DNA from: Callorhinchus milii
Taxonomy: Eukaryota
Direction: 5' to 3'
Length of the DNA: 64,000 bases
Assembly: GCF_018977255.1 (NCBI RefSeq)
Contig: NW_024704742.1
Span: forward strand, 120,220,001-120,284,000
Part shown: one piece after another, positions 12,007 to 25,000 of the stretch
Layout: the number at the start of each line of letters is the position of its first letter
Numbering within the stretch: position 1 is the first letter of the stretch
Notes under the pieces: generated by a model
The model's database searches: none
What the model was told of the DNA's origin: nothing
What the model saw: only the letters and a program-made list of their open reading frames with translations
Made by a program: the position numbers and the translations under genes

Positions 12007-13873
12007 AACAACAACAACAACAAGATTCCATTTATAAAGCGCCTTTCACGTCAGGAGGACGTCCCAAGGCGCTGCACAGTTGGGTCAGGACCCGAGCAGG
12101 GGGGGAAATGGTCAGGGTGAGGGGAGGGAAGGGAGGGAGCGAGGAGGGGGAAATGGTCAGGGTGAGGGGAGGGAAGGGAGGGAGCGAGGAGGGGGAAGAG
12201 AGTCGAGAGGGGAGCTGAAGGCTCGGTCAAAGAGAAAGGTTTTGAGACCGGCCTTGAAGGAGGAAAGGGAGGAAGCAAGGCGAAGGCACTGGGGGATAGA
12301 CTTCCAGAGCCTGGGGGCTGAGAGGCTGAAGGGCCGACCACCGATGGTAGGGCGGTTGGGGCGGGGGACGTGGAGCAGACCGGAGCCAGAGGAACGGAGG
12401 GTACGGGCAGGTAGGTAGGGGGATAGTAGGTTGGAGAGGTAGGAGGGAGCAAGGCCGTGAATGGCCTTGTAGGTGAGGATGAGGATCTTGAAATCAATCC
12501 TCTGGGGGATGGGGAGCCAGTGGAGGCGAGCGAGGGTGGGAGTGATGTGGTCCCGAAGCCTGGTGCGGGACAGTACACGAGCTGCAGAGTTCTGAATGAC
12601 CTGCAGCTTGTGGAGGGAGGTGGCGGGAAGGCCGGCGAGGAGAGAGTTCCCATAGTCCAGCCTTGAGGTGACAAAGGCGTGGACCAGGGTTTCAGCAGCG
12701 TGAGGGGTGAGGTAGTGCCGTAGTCTGGCGATGTTCCGGAGGTGATGGAAGGCAGTGCCAGTTGTGGTGCGGATGTGAGGGAGAAAGGACAGCTCAGGGT
12801 CGAACAAAACGCCGAGGTTCCTGACTGGCTTTGAGAGGTGGAGAGTGCAGCCTTGGATGCTGATGGTGTCGGCGCCTGAGGTGCGGAGGCGCTGACGTGA
12901 GCCAATCAGGAGGGCCTCGGTTTTTCGCACGTTGAGCTGAAGAAAGTTGTCTCTCGTCCAGGACTCGATGTCGGACAGGCAGCTGTCAGGACATCGGTGG
13001 TCGTGGAGTTGAGAGTAGAGGAGGAAAGGTAGAGTTGGGTGTCATCCGCATACATGTGGAAGTTAACCCCATGTCTGCGGATGATGTCACCAAGGGGAGC
13101 ATATAGAGGGTGAAGAGGAGGGGACCGAGGACAGAGCCCTGAGGGACACCACATGAGACAGTGCGGGGGGTGGAGGAGAAGCCATTTGTCGAGACAAAGT
13201 GAAGACGGTGAGAAAGGTACGACCTAAACCACTCAAGGACAGTGCCTTGAAGGTTGAGGTGGGAGGACAAGCGGTGGAGTAGGATAGCGTGGTCGACCGT
13301 ATCGAATGCTGCCGATAGGTCGAGGAGGACGAGGAGGCAGAGGGAGCCCTGGTCACAGATGGTCAGGATATCATTGGTGACCTTGACCAGGGCAGTTTCT
13401 GTGCTATGGGCAGCACGGAAACCTGACTGAAGGGGTTCGAAAAGTGAATGGGTGGAAAGGAAAGAGCGCAGTTGGGAGGCGACAACTCTTTCCAAGACCT
13501 TGGAGAGAAAGGGGAGGTTGGAGATGGGCCGGTAGCTTGATAGCTGCGACGCATCAAGGGAGGGTTTTTTCAGGGTGGGCGTGATGGTGGCAGTTTTTAA
13601 GGGAATGGGGACAGAGCCAGAGGAGAGGGACAGGTTGACGATGTCGGTGATATGTGGGGCAAGAAAGTGGAGCTGGGAGATAAGGAGTGGAGTGGGGATG
13701 GGGTCAAAGGAGCAGGTGGTTGGTTTCACGGATAGGATGAGTTTGGTGACAGAGGGTGGGGAAATGGGTACAAAAGTGAGTAGGGGAGGATGGGTAACAG
13801 TCGGAGTGTGGGAGTGAGGGGGTGGGGGGGGGGTTGGTGGATGTTGGAGGGGAAGTGACCGCAGAGCGAATTC
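12007..13873 (-). mobile_element. Young L2-clade LINE, 5'-truncated, nearly intact RT
   Basis: ORFs 12986..13729 ([47 protein letters not shown]), 12906..13154 (YADDTQLY) and 12157..12930, broken only by frameshifts; (TTG)n tail. Confidence 0.95.
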
Positions 13874-14917
13874 CTATAAGCTCCAAAAGTTTTGTTATAA
13901 GCAGAGTCAAGGTGTTGCTAGTTTATCCACTTATCCTATTATCAATCCAGAATGTTATGCTGTAATATATGCCTTGTTTCACAAATGGTTGAAGGCTGAT
14001 TCCAAGAGCGTGCTTTGTTACAACATTCACTAAACATATCTTTGTCACTCATTAGATTACAGACAACCTCAGTGAGTTAATGCGAAGGTGCTCAAATTTC
14101 GCTTTCGAAACGCGAGGATGTATTTTACTGGTGAGATTTATATTTAATATCTAAGTAAAAAGCAGAGAGGCTCCATTTGGAGACGTGGTGAATATGAATG
14201 AATTCAGTTCATTTTGTGATCCTGAAAATAATGAAAATAATGATTCAGAAAGGTAGTATCATTACTTTTCATTTCATTTCAGTTCAAGCAGGCCAGTAGG
14301 TGGCAGACCTGACTGTGTTTGCAGAGCCACTCCAGGGATCTATACACATAATAATGTTAATCCTTGCACATGCACAAAATAGCTCAATTGTGAGAGTCTG
14401 AGTAGCGTAGGAGATGCACCATTCACTCCAAGGCCCGAGGAAAGATCTTCTGAGCAGAGCCCTCACACTGCCTGCATTTTAATTATTTTCCTATGAAAAA
14501 TGTATTGATAATGTATGTGAATCACTCATTACCTCCTTGTTAAATATGTCTTTAGTGACTTATAAATTATCTATCATATAAGTAACATCATACAATCATA
14601 CATTTAACGCTGATATCCTTTGTGAACCTCTTCAATTCAAATTCAGTATTAGGCATTTTATCTACATCCAGCTGATGAGTCACTTAAGCTAGATTTAGCT
14701 CTGCATCCAAGCAAACTACCTTGAGTGTTTTAAAACAAATAACAATAGTGATTTCAACTGTTTATACATGGTTGCCTAAGGAGTAGATATATAGAGAAAT
14801 GACTGAAAGCAACACAAGCAATCCATGGCCCATAGTCTGACTATAAATTCTTATTGAAGATGTTTCACTCTCGTCCTGAAACATTTCCTCTATTGTATTT
14901 CACAAATTGTCTAATAC

Positions 14918-15291
14918 AATAATAAAAATACTTGAATTTGACATAGCGCCTTATCACATCGTTGAGATGTCTCAAAGAGCTTCTCAGGAAACTCTGTAAA
15001 GTAGATTGACTGTATTTTGCCAGCAAAACACGGTAGCCAGTTGCGCACAGCAATGTCCCACACACAGCTATGAACTGACCAATTGTATTTGGTGGTTTAT
15101 TGGCCAGGACACCAGGAGAAACTCCCTTTTATTTTTGAATCGACTAACAATCGGGTCTCTATCTACTGCTAGGTAAACAGAGGTGTGTGGAGTAAGGAAA
15201 CTTGCCCAATGTTTCGCCCTGCTGGGAATCAAATCCACGTCCTCTCGCTTGCGAGGCAAGTGCTCTAACCACTGAGCTACAGGACTCCACA
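14918..15291 (-). mobile_element. Diverged SINE, same head with longer central body
   Basis: Head GTGGAGTCCTGTAGCTCAG; extra body CCTCTGTTTACCTAGCAGTA; Deu-type tail. Confidence 0.8.
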
Positions 15292-16009
15292 TGATGATAA
15301 AATAGCTATTCTTCTGAATTTTAAGGATGATTTTTCAATTGAAGAATTGTGGTATGCATTTTCAATTAACAATAAGAGTCAAATGGTCAAATGCTTCACT
15401 GACACTTGCTTTTGGGTTGCCTCCTGGCTTCATCGTAATTGTGTGAGTGACCTCAATCTGACCCTGGTATGGAGGCCTCCACACCTGTATTTGTGCAATT
15501 AATTTCTCAAATTCTTTGCAGACTTTAGTTATTGTTTTGCTGTATGTCTGCTTTTCTCCCACTGATATTCATGCAATGTTTGCTATATGTAAAATCGGTG
15601 TTAACAACCAAACCTTGAAACTCTTTCAATACTCTTTCAGGACCAATGCCACTCTGACTGGAAGGTGTTTATAGCAACTTTAATGTATGATTAATGAACC
15701 TTCAGTTTAATCTGTCTGTCAGTCTGGCTCAGTTGGTAGCACCCTCACCTCTGAATCAGTGGATTCACATCCCACGTTGGGACCTAAACTTACATAGTCT
15801 CTAAAATAATACCCAATAATGTGCTGGGATTATGTTTCCTTGTCAGAGGTGCTGTCCTTTGGATGAGGCATTAAACCTGCCATTGTTTTGTCTCTGCAAG
15901 TCGTTTGACCTCCCGCCCCCACAGGGTCAACAACAACAACTTACATTTATATTAGCGCCCTTCACACCAGACGACTTCTGGGAGCCCTGTAGTATACCCA
16001 AGGCTCTAT

Positions 16010-16800
16010 CCTCAGCCTCCTCCTTTTTCTCATTTACATCTCCCACTTAGTGATACTATCCACAGACATGTATGTATATGTACCCAAATTTATTTTTTGT
16101 CCTCTAGCCAATACCCCAGGTTCATTGATGTTCTGTCTTTCTGCTTGTCAGACAAGACCAAACTTTATGTGTCTGAAAATTGACAAGACGGAAACCATAC
16201 TTCTTCACTCACATCAATGTCTTCTCACCTGTGGATCCAACCCCCTTAACCTTCAAGGCCTATCCCTCAGATTTACCGAACATGTGTGCAACCTAGGCAT
16301 CAGGTTTGATCCTCATATGTCCTTCTGATACCTAATCTGGTCTCTGACCATAACTGCTTTCCTCCATGTCTGCCACATTGCCCTCCTTTAACCATATCTC
16401 TCACTCAATGAACCTGAAACCCTTATCCATGCTTCGTTAGCTCCCGGCTTGACTTTTCCAGTGTCCTCCTCACCAGTCTCCCCAGATCCACCATTCATAA
16501 AATCCAATTAATTCAAAACTCCACTGCCCATATCCTCACACATCCTCACCTCTGCACCCCTTGTCACCACAGTCCTTTCCAGGCTCCACAGTACAAATCA
16601 CTTCATGCTCTGGCCCCTTCCAAACTCTCCAATCCGCTTACACCCTTCACTCGGTTGGCTCCGGCTACTGCACATTCCTTGTCCCCATCTGCTCAACCAT
16701 CAGCGCCCGTGATTTCAGTTACTATGCCCCGAAACTCTGGAACTCTGCCTCAATTCCCCCACCTTGCCCATCTTCAGATCACACCTGGACACCTTCGTAT
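16010..16800 (+). mobile_element. Old L2 fragment
   Basis: Degenerate LKIDKTETILL...NLGIRFDP and FSYYAPKLWN motifs. Confidence 0.7.
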
Positions 16801-16937
16801 TCTATTGTGATATTATTCAATTTAATGAGAAGGTTGTGTTTAAGCCACTAGTGTCTATAATGCTGAAACTAATAGCTACCTTTTCATTATCTCTACAATG
16901 TGATTTTCCATTATAATTATGCAACAGACCATCAGTG

Positions 16938-17709
16938 TTAGCAGGCAGATGTTGAATATTCCTCCATGCGCTGAGACACAGTAACAGCAATCACCATAAT
17001 ATGAGAGGAAGACGGCTCATTATCTCCGCTAGCAATGTTGACACTAGTGGAGTTCCGCTGGCTGAGCACTATGGCAAGTGTAGAAAATCCATTGGCAATG
17101 CAGGGTTGCACATTTTTAGAGACGGTGTCAAATTGTATCGGTGTCCTGACGGCCAACTGATCCTCCATGTCAGGAGTAGAAGCATCTTTAAAAGAGGCAG
17201 ACCCATTCTCATTTGACATTGATAATATTTTCTCATGGACCTCTGAAATGTATTGTTTGCTACAAAGATTGGAGTTGCCATCATTTCCTTATCTTCATAG
17301 CCCGTGACAGAATGTGGAGGTCTTGGCAAATGGGCTTTAGGCTACTTAAAGAGCTATGCATCTGCAGATAACATGATAGCATTTACAAACACTTGCATGC
17401 AATTTGAAGCAGTCTGTAGACTATTTTAGCATAAGTTTAAGAATGAAACTTAGCATTCCTCTACTGATCACGACATTTCCTCCTGACCTCCTCTACAGAC
17501 CTCGTAGCCTTGTACAATGAGTTCACCATCCCTGTATCTTTGTCCCAGGCTTTCTTTCTCCCCCGCATAGTGGAAATTTTGACTGTGACCTTGAACACAT
17601 CTTCTTTATTCACTAGTGTATTACTCCATCTACCATTGCCTGCTTTGCTGCCACTGGAAATCTTCCTATGCAATTCTGGAGGTTTGCAATGCAATAGATC
17701 ATACCTCAA
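16938..17709 (-). mobile_element. Degraded Myb/SANT-like ORF, probably a PIF/Harbinger-type transposon relic
   Basis: ...KKAWDKDTGMVNSLYKATRSVEEVRRKCRDQ*RNAK resembles the trihelix Myb/SANT motif AW..I...VN......R..EEVRRKW.DLKR.AK; downstream PRPPHSVTGYEDKEM fits the usual linker. Confidence 0.5.
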
Positions 17710-18109
17710 AACATGTCTGTACCTACTGGTATTCTTTGAAAATGTATCTGAACTAATGGACGTAAACTGTTGTATTTATTTGCATTTGACAAAGTTTCAA
17801 ATGCGAGACTCCTAAAGAAACTTAAAACTCACAAGATGAATGGCAAATTAGGTAGTTGGATTGAAAACCATCTTCGTCATAGGAAGTAGAAGATGATGAT
17901 AAATGTTAAAACTATGTCTGGGGGCGGTAAATGGCATTGTTCTGGAGGAGGTGTTCTGGGTCTCCCTGCTGTTTACACTGTCATAAACGAAATGATAGTA
18001 GAAAAAATTGCTTTACACAGAGGGTTGTGAAAATGTGGAATGCACTGCCTCAGGAGGCTTCAGGGGCAGAATCAATTGGGATGTTTCAAAGTGAGATAGG
18101 TGACTTACA

Positions 18110-19680
18110 TTACAATACAAATTTACATTTATATAGCACCTTTTACATTGGGAGGTTGTCCCAAGGCATTTAACAATAATGGCTTGGCACCCGAGCTGGG
18201 GGTGGGAGCCAAAGGGGATCGTGAACGGGAAACATGACCAAAAGCGCAGTCAAAGCGGTAAGTCCAGGGAGCAGAGCATTATCTAGTCAAGTCTGAACAT
18301 GATAAATTAATGATGAGGGTCTCAGCAGCCTGAGCGAGGCAAGTAATGGCAGAGGCTGGCAATATTTTGGAGGTGGGGAAAACTGAGAGGGTCCAGGCAG
18401 GGATGTGAGATTTAAAAGACAGTTGGGAGTCAAACAAGTCTGCACCGGCTGCACGATGGAGTGTGCATCCATGTAGTCGATGCTGTCAGCGACTGAAAGT
18501 TAGGAGTTCATCCAGACTTGATTTCTGACAGGCAATTGGTCAGAACAGCAGTGCTTCTGGATTCGAGCTTGGAGGCAGAGAGATAGAGTTAGGTGTCATC
18601 TGTGCACATGTGAAAGTTAACCCCATGCCTGCTGATGGCATTACCGAGCAGAAGCATCTAGATAGTGAAGAGGAGAGGACCAAAGATAGAACCCTGAGGA
18701 ATGCCACATGTGATTTTGGGTGACAGGAGGAGAAACCATTAGAAGAGAAGTAGGGAAGCTTGGAAAGTAAGGGTATAAGAGGTATGGAGTTACGGACCCG
18801 AGCTGGGGGTCGGGGTGGGGGAGGGTGGAGGGCAGGTGGGGAAGCAAGGAGATCGAAAGCACGGTCAAAGAGGAGGGTCTTGAGATGGATTTTGAAGGAG
18901 GCAAAGGAGGGAGCAAGGCAGGTTGGAGTTTCAGATGGTGGGGGGAGAGTGCCTATCAATAGTGGGGCGAGCAAGGCGGGGATGTTAAGCAGGCCAGAGC
19001 TCGCTGAGCGGAGGGAGCGAGGAGGATGATAGGGGGTCAGAAGGTCGCAGAGGTAGGAGGGAGCAAGACCATGGAGGGCTTTGAAGGTGAGGACCAGGAT
19101 CTTGAACTGTATCCTCTGTGTGATGGGAAGTCAGTGGAGTTGAGCAAGGATGGGGGTGATAGAGTCGCGGAGGATACGGGCTGCAGAGTTCTGGATGATC
19201 TGCAGCCTGTGGAGGGAGGAGTTGGGGAGGCCAACAAGCAATAGGTTTGCATAGTCAAGCCTCAATATAATGAAAGCATGTATGAGGGTTTTGGCGGCCT
19301 GAGGTGTGAGACAATGTCGGAGCCGGGTAACTTTGAGGAAGTGGGGGAAGGCAGAGCGGGTCATGGTGCAGATGTGGGGTAGAAAGAATAGTTGAGGGTC
19401 AAGCAAAACCCCAAGGTTTACATCTGTATTTACATCTACATGCTCCCTCTCAGCGATGTTATCCTCAGACATGGAGTCAACTTCCACATGTATGCAGATG
19501 ACAGATAAATTTACTCCTCCTAGATCTGCAACTCCAGGTCCGCTGATATTCTGTCAGCTTGTTTGTCAGACATCAAGGCCTGGATGAGTGCAAATCCTGC
19601 AGTTGAATGTCAACAAGATGGAAGCCATACTACTTGGCTCCTGTCAATGTTAGCCACGGTTCTGACTCCAGATCACAATC
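18110..19680. mobile_element. Cluster of L2 fragments (mostly minus; plus-strand piece at about 19425-19670)
   Basis: RLDYANLLL...QNSAARIL and KTLLFDRAF on minus; FHMYADD on plus. Confidence 0.8.
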
Positions 19681-22099
19681 CAACAGCCCTTGTTGGAAAG
19701 CAAGTGTCAAATCAGGAGTGAATTGGTCTCAGTTATGAATCCCACAACTGTTGAACAGCCTGCCAACATTCACTGCCCAGGCTGACAGATGAAGAATACT
19801 CTCTTGAGTGAGATAGTAGTGAAGAGCTGGTACCGATGCAGCACTGCTTCAGCATAAATCTGTGGCTTCAGAAGAGGAGATGAAAAATGCCTAAATATAT
19901 ATATTTCTAATTTCATGGATACTTCCAAATCAATGACTACACCATCTACAGCTTTTGAGCTCCATAGAGGAATGATATGAAACAAAATCAATTTATGACA
20001 GTCCGCTAAAATATGTACAAACTGGTATTTGCAAAAGATGCTTCCAAATGTTAAGTTGTTTATTTCTGAAGAGACAACCAAAGGATTTGGAGTTCTTCAG
20101 TACAGTAGCGGGTTGTGAAATTCGGAGATCGTGTTTTGCAGAATAGAAGTAACCTGTGATTACAATTTTGTGTGTAAGTGCCTGTAAGATGCATTATGAT
20201 ACAATAACAGAGCTTTGCAGGAAATGTCTCTGTCTGTACCAAAAATAACACATGGGAGATAATTCAAACTATTGTAGGAGACTCTTAATGGCTTTTCCTA
20301 ATGTATTGGGAACAGTCATTTTATTGGGCGGCAACATTAGGGAAAAAGAACACTTCTAAGTATAAATCATATCAGTAACCTTGTAAGGAGAAACCTAATG
20401 ATTTATTCTATACAAAGCAAAAATCTATTATTAATTGCAGTGAAAAAAGCTGGGGAGTTATTACCTCAGTAACTTCTGAAATGCCATTGAATGCCAGGGA
20501 ATGTGATCGTAAACATTATAGTATGCATGAAAGATTCGATTTCTAACCCCTGACAGTCACTGCTGTCCATAAGTAATGTGAACCAAAGGAATTGATAGCA
20601 ATTCACTTGATGAGCTTTAATTCACTTGATGAGCAATAATTGGGGTAAACAGTTATGCCGGAAACAAGATTATTAATTTTCCATATTATATCACATTGTA
20701 AAAATTCCACACGTTTGAGTGACTGATAAAGTGCATTTTACAAAACAATCAGAAAAGCTGATCAAAATTAGAGGGAACCCTTGAATGAATTGAAAACTTC
20801 CAACTGGGTGCTTTTTGTTAATAGGTTCTGTTATTGTGGAAAGTGTTGAAGAAAAATCTTCATAGTTAATGGTGTTTGTCTCAAGCCAGGAATGATGTCA
20901 ACAGAGAGGGTGGAAAAGGACATTTTTCTACTGTGAATCCAAGAGGAAGGAGAGGTGGGGGGGGGGGGGGGGGGGAAGAGAGAGGACAGTGAGTATTAAA
21001 TAACCATCAAAAATGAAAAATTCTTCCTCCCACCTCCCTCTCTCAAAGGGATACTCTGCTCCCCCTCATTTTCACGAATGACACAGAGAAAAACAGAGAA
21101 CGTGCTGGCATGGTTGGGATTTCCGAACCTTCTTAGTGTAAGACTACTAATCTCACCCACTTAGAGGTCAGCAGCAGATGGTAACAGCTGGCAGGGATGG
21201 GAAGTCCCAATAGAGAAGTGACAGAAGGATTAACAACCTGACAAAAAAATGGTGGTTAATAAGTACATTTGTTTACGTAAAACCAAAAAGACAGGCTGTG
21301 TGAACCCCTATGGTCCTGGATTTGGGGAATAAGAGGAACAAAATAAGTTGATTTTTATGCAATTTCAGGGGTTGTTTATGAAATGGATGTACAAATATGT
21401 CGTTCTTTTCAGGAAATGGAATGATGTCCTGAAGTGCAGTGGTTAGTGCTGCGCTCGCCTTGCAAGCGAGAGATCTGGGTTTGATTCCTGGGCAGCGCGA
21501 AACTTTAGGCAAGTTTCCTTATCTCACACTTCTCTGATTACCTAGCAGTAAGTAGGAACCCAGTGAGACCCGATAAACCTGTGGAACAGGGGCCCTAGGG
21601 AGACGAGCGAAGCAGGAAGTGTTGATTCCTTCAAACACAGATTAGATAGTTTTCTTTTAGGAAATAGTATTATGGGATAAAGTACATCGGTAGTTTGGAA
21701 CGCATGTGCATGCGACCATCAGGAAGGTGAACTAGATGGATCTTGGTCTATTTTTCATCTAGCATTTCTTATGTTCTTACGTTCTTATTGTTCACCCTGT
21801 TCCTCCCCGAATCCAAGTTATCTCCTTGGTTGGGGTGGAATTATCTAGCCAGCAGCTATTTACACAAATAGTCTCAATGGTGTTCCTTTGTCGATCTGCT
21901 AAAGACCCACAGGGTGATACACAGAGATACCTCCCTCCCGAACTTGTTTCCTTTGTTTTGCTGCAGACAAGTTGGCTCAGCCTAAAGAAACTCACCCTCC
22001 AGGAGAAGAAGACTGACCTCAAATAATAATCCTCACATTTGACATTACACCCTATCACATCGTCAACACGTCTCAAATGCTATAACAGCATATACCATA

Positions 22100-25000
22100 A
22101 GACCATAAGACGTAGGAGCAGGAGTAGGCCATTCGGCCCCTCAAGCCTGTCCCGCCATTTAATAATAATAATAATAATAATAATCCTTGCATCTGATACA
22201 GTGCTTTTCACGTCGGGAGGACGTCCCAAAGCGCTTCACAGAACACACTGTAAAGTGAATTGACTGTATATTTGTGGGCGAACGCGGCAGCCAATTGCGC
22301 ACAGCAATGTCCCACAAACAGTCGTAGATTGAAAATGACCAATTTTATTATTGTTTTTGGTTTTGGAGGGATTATTATTAGGCGTGTGGAGTGAGGAAAC
22401 TTGCCCAAGGTTTTGCCCTGCCTGGAATTGAACTCAGGTCTCTCACTTGCAAAGCAAGTGCTCTAACCACTGAGCTACAGGACTCCACTCATGGCTGATC
22501 TTCTAACCTAATTCCATTTACCCGCCCTATTCCCATATCCGTTAATCCCTCTATCCTTTAGAAATCTATCAACCTCAGTCTTGAATATGTTCAAGGACTG
22601 AGCATCCACAGCCTTCTGGGGTAGAGAATTCTACAAATTCACTACCTTCTGAGTGAAGAAATGTTTCCTCAACTCAGTTTGGAAAGGTTGACCCTTAATC
22701 TTGAGATTATGAACCCTAGTTTTAGAACATAACATAAGAACATAAGAATTAGGAGCAGAAGTAGGCCACTTGGCCCCTCGGGCCTGCCCCGCCATTCAAT
22801 AAGATCATAGCTGATATATTCTAACTCCACCTACCCGCCTTATCCCCATATCTCTTAATCCCTTTATCCACAAGAAATCTATAAATCTCAGTCTTGAATA
22901 TGTTCAAGGACTGAGCATCTATAGCCCTTTGGGGTAAAGAATTCCATAAATTTACTACCCTCCGAGTGAAGACGTTTTTTCTCAACTCAGTGCGAAAGGG
23001 CCTACCCTAATTTTAAGACTGTGACCCCTGGTTATAGTTTCTCCAACCAGGGTAAAAAGTCTCCCACTATCTATTCTGTTGTGCCCCTTTATAATCTTAT
23101 AGGTTTCTATAAGATCACCTCTCATTTTTCTATACTCTAGAGAATATAGGCCTAAATTGCTCAACCTATCCTCATAACTCATCCCCCTCATCCCAGGTAC
23201 CAACCTAGTGAATCTTCGTTGTACCCCCTCCAAGGCGAGTACATCCTTTCTTAAATAAGGAGACCAAAACTGCACACAGTACTCCAGGTACGGTATCACC
23301 AGGGCCCTATACAGTTGCAGCAAGACTTCTCTACTCTTATATTCTAACCCTTTTGTAACAAATGCCAACATACCATTAGCCTTCCTAATTGCTTACTGTA
23401 CCTGCAAACTAACTTTTTGTGACTTGTGTACAAGGACACCCAAGTCCATCTGAACGCTAACACTATCTAGTCTCTCCCCTTCTAAAAAATAATCTGCTCT
23501 ACTGTTTTTGCCACCTAGGTGGATGACTTCACACTTCCCTACATTATACTTCATCTGCCACCTATTTGCCCACTCACCGAGCCTATCTATATCTCGTTCC
23601 ATTTTTTAAATGTCATCCTCGGTGTTTACTCTCCCTCCTAGTTTAGTGTCATCCGCGAATTTGAATATATTAAGTTTGATGTGCTCATCTAGATCGTTGA
23701 TGTAGATCGTAAATAGTTGAGGCCCAAGCACTGATCCTTGTAACACTCCACTAGTCTCATCCCGCCAATCTGAGAAGGACCCGTTTATCCTTACTCTTTG
23801 TTTTCTTCCCGTTAGCCATTCTTCAATCCATGCTAATATATTCCCCTTAATTCCATGGGCCCTAATTTGTGAATCAACCTTTTATGCGGCACCTTATCGA
23901 ATGCCTTTTGGAAATCTAAATACACTACATCCACTGATTCCCCCCTACCTAATCTACTTGATATGTCCTCAACAAAATCTAAAATATTTGTTAAGCATGA
24001 CTTCCCTTTTGTAAAGCCATGTTGACTCTGTCTAATCATATTGTGATACTCTAAGTATCCCACTACGACATCTTTAATTAAGGATTCTAGAATTTTCCCT
24101 ACCACCGATGTCAGACTAACTGGTCTATAGATCCCCATCTTTTCTCTCCCACCCTTCTTAAATAGTGGTGTGACGTTTTGCGATCTTTCAATCGATGGGA
24201 ACCGTTCCAGAATCCAAAGAATTTTGGTAGATCAGACACAAGGCCTCCACTATCTCATGAGCTACCTAGATTCTCCAACCAGGGGAAAACAGTCTCACGG
24301 CATCTACCCTGTCAAGACTCTTAAGAATCTTATAGATTTCCATAAGATCACCTCTAATTCTTCTATATTCTAGAGAATATAGGCCTAGTTTACTCAACCT
24401 ATTCTCATAGGTCAAGCTCCTCATCCCAGGAACCAACCTAGTGAACCTAAGCTGCACCCCCGCTAAGGCAAGTGTGTCCTTTCTTAAATAAGGAGACCAA
24501 AACTGCACACAATATTCTAGGTGCGGTCTCACCAAGGCTTTATACAACTGTAGTAAGACTTCCCTACTCTTGTACTCCAACCCTTTTGCAATGAATGCCA
24601 ACATGGCATTAGCCTTCCTAGTTGCTTGCTGTACCTGGATACTAACTTTCTTTGACCGGTGTACAAGGACACCCAAATCCCCAAATGAACACTAACACTA
24701 CCTGTCTCTCCCCCTCTAGAAAATAATCTGCTTTTCTATTTTTACTACCTCGGTGAATAACTTCACACTTTCCCACGTTATATTCCATCTACCACCTTCT
24801 TGCCCACTCACCTAGCCTGTCTATTTTCCTTTGCATTCTTCTTGTGTCATCCTCACAACTTACTCTCCCACCTAGCTTTGTATCGTCCACAAATTTAGAT
24901 ATGTTAAGTTATATTTCCTCATCTAAATCATTGATATAGTCCGTAAATAATTGATGCCCAACACTGATCCTTGTGGCACTCCACTAGTCACATCCTGCCA

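Noticed and set aside
14050..14135. AG...GTGAG bounded segment as a CENPK or novel exon
   Set aside because: No frame gives recognisable similarity.
18790..19670. Twin-priming 5' inversion of one L2
   Set aside because: The geometry fits, but the plus piece resembles the 26.7-27.6 kb subfamily and the minus piece the 4.6-5.6 kb subfamily; independent insertions are more likely.
20065..20155. Exon-like segment reading KDLEFFSTV, vaguely like CENP-K QDLEMVLST
   Set aside because: The match is too short and the rest does not align; it is indistinguishable from chance by eye.
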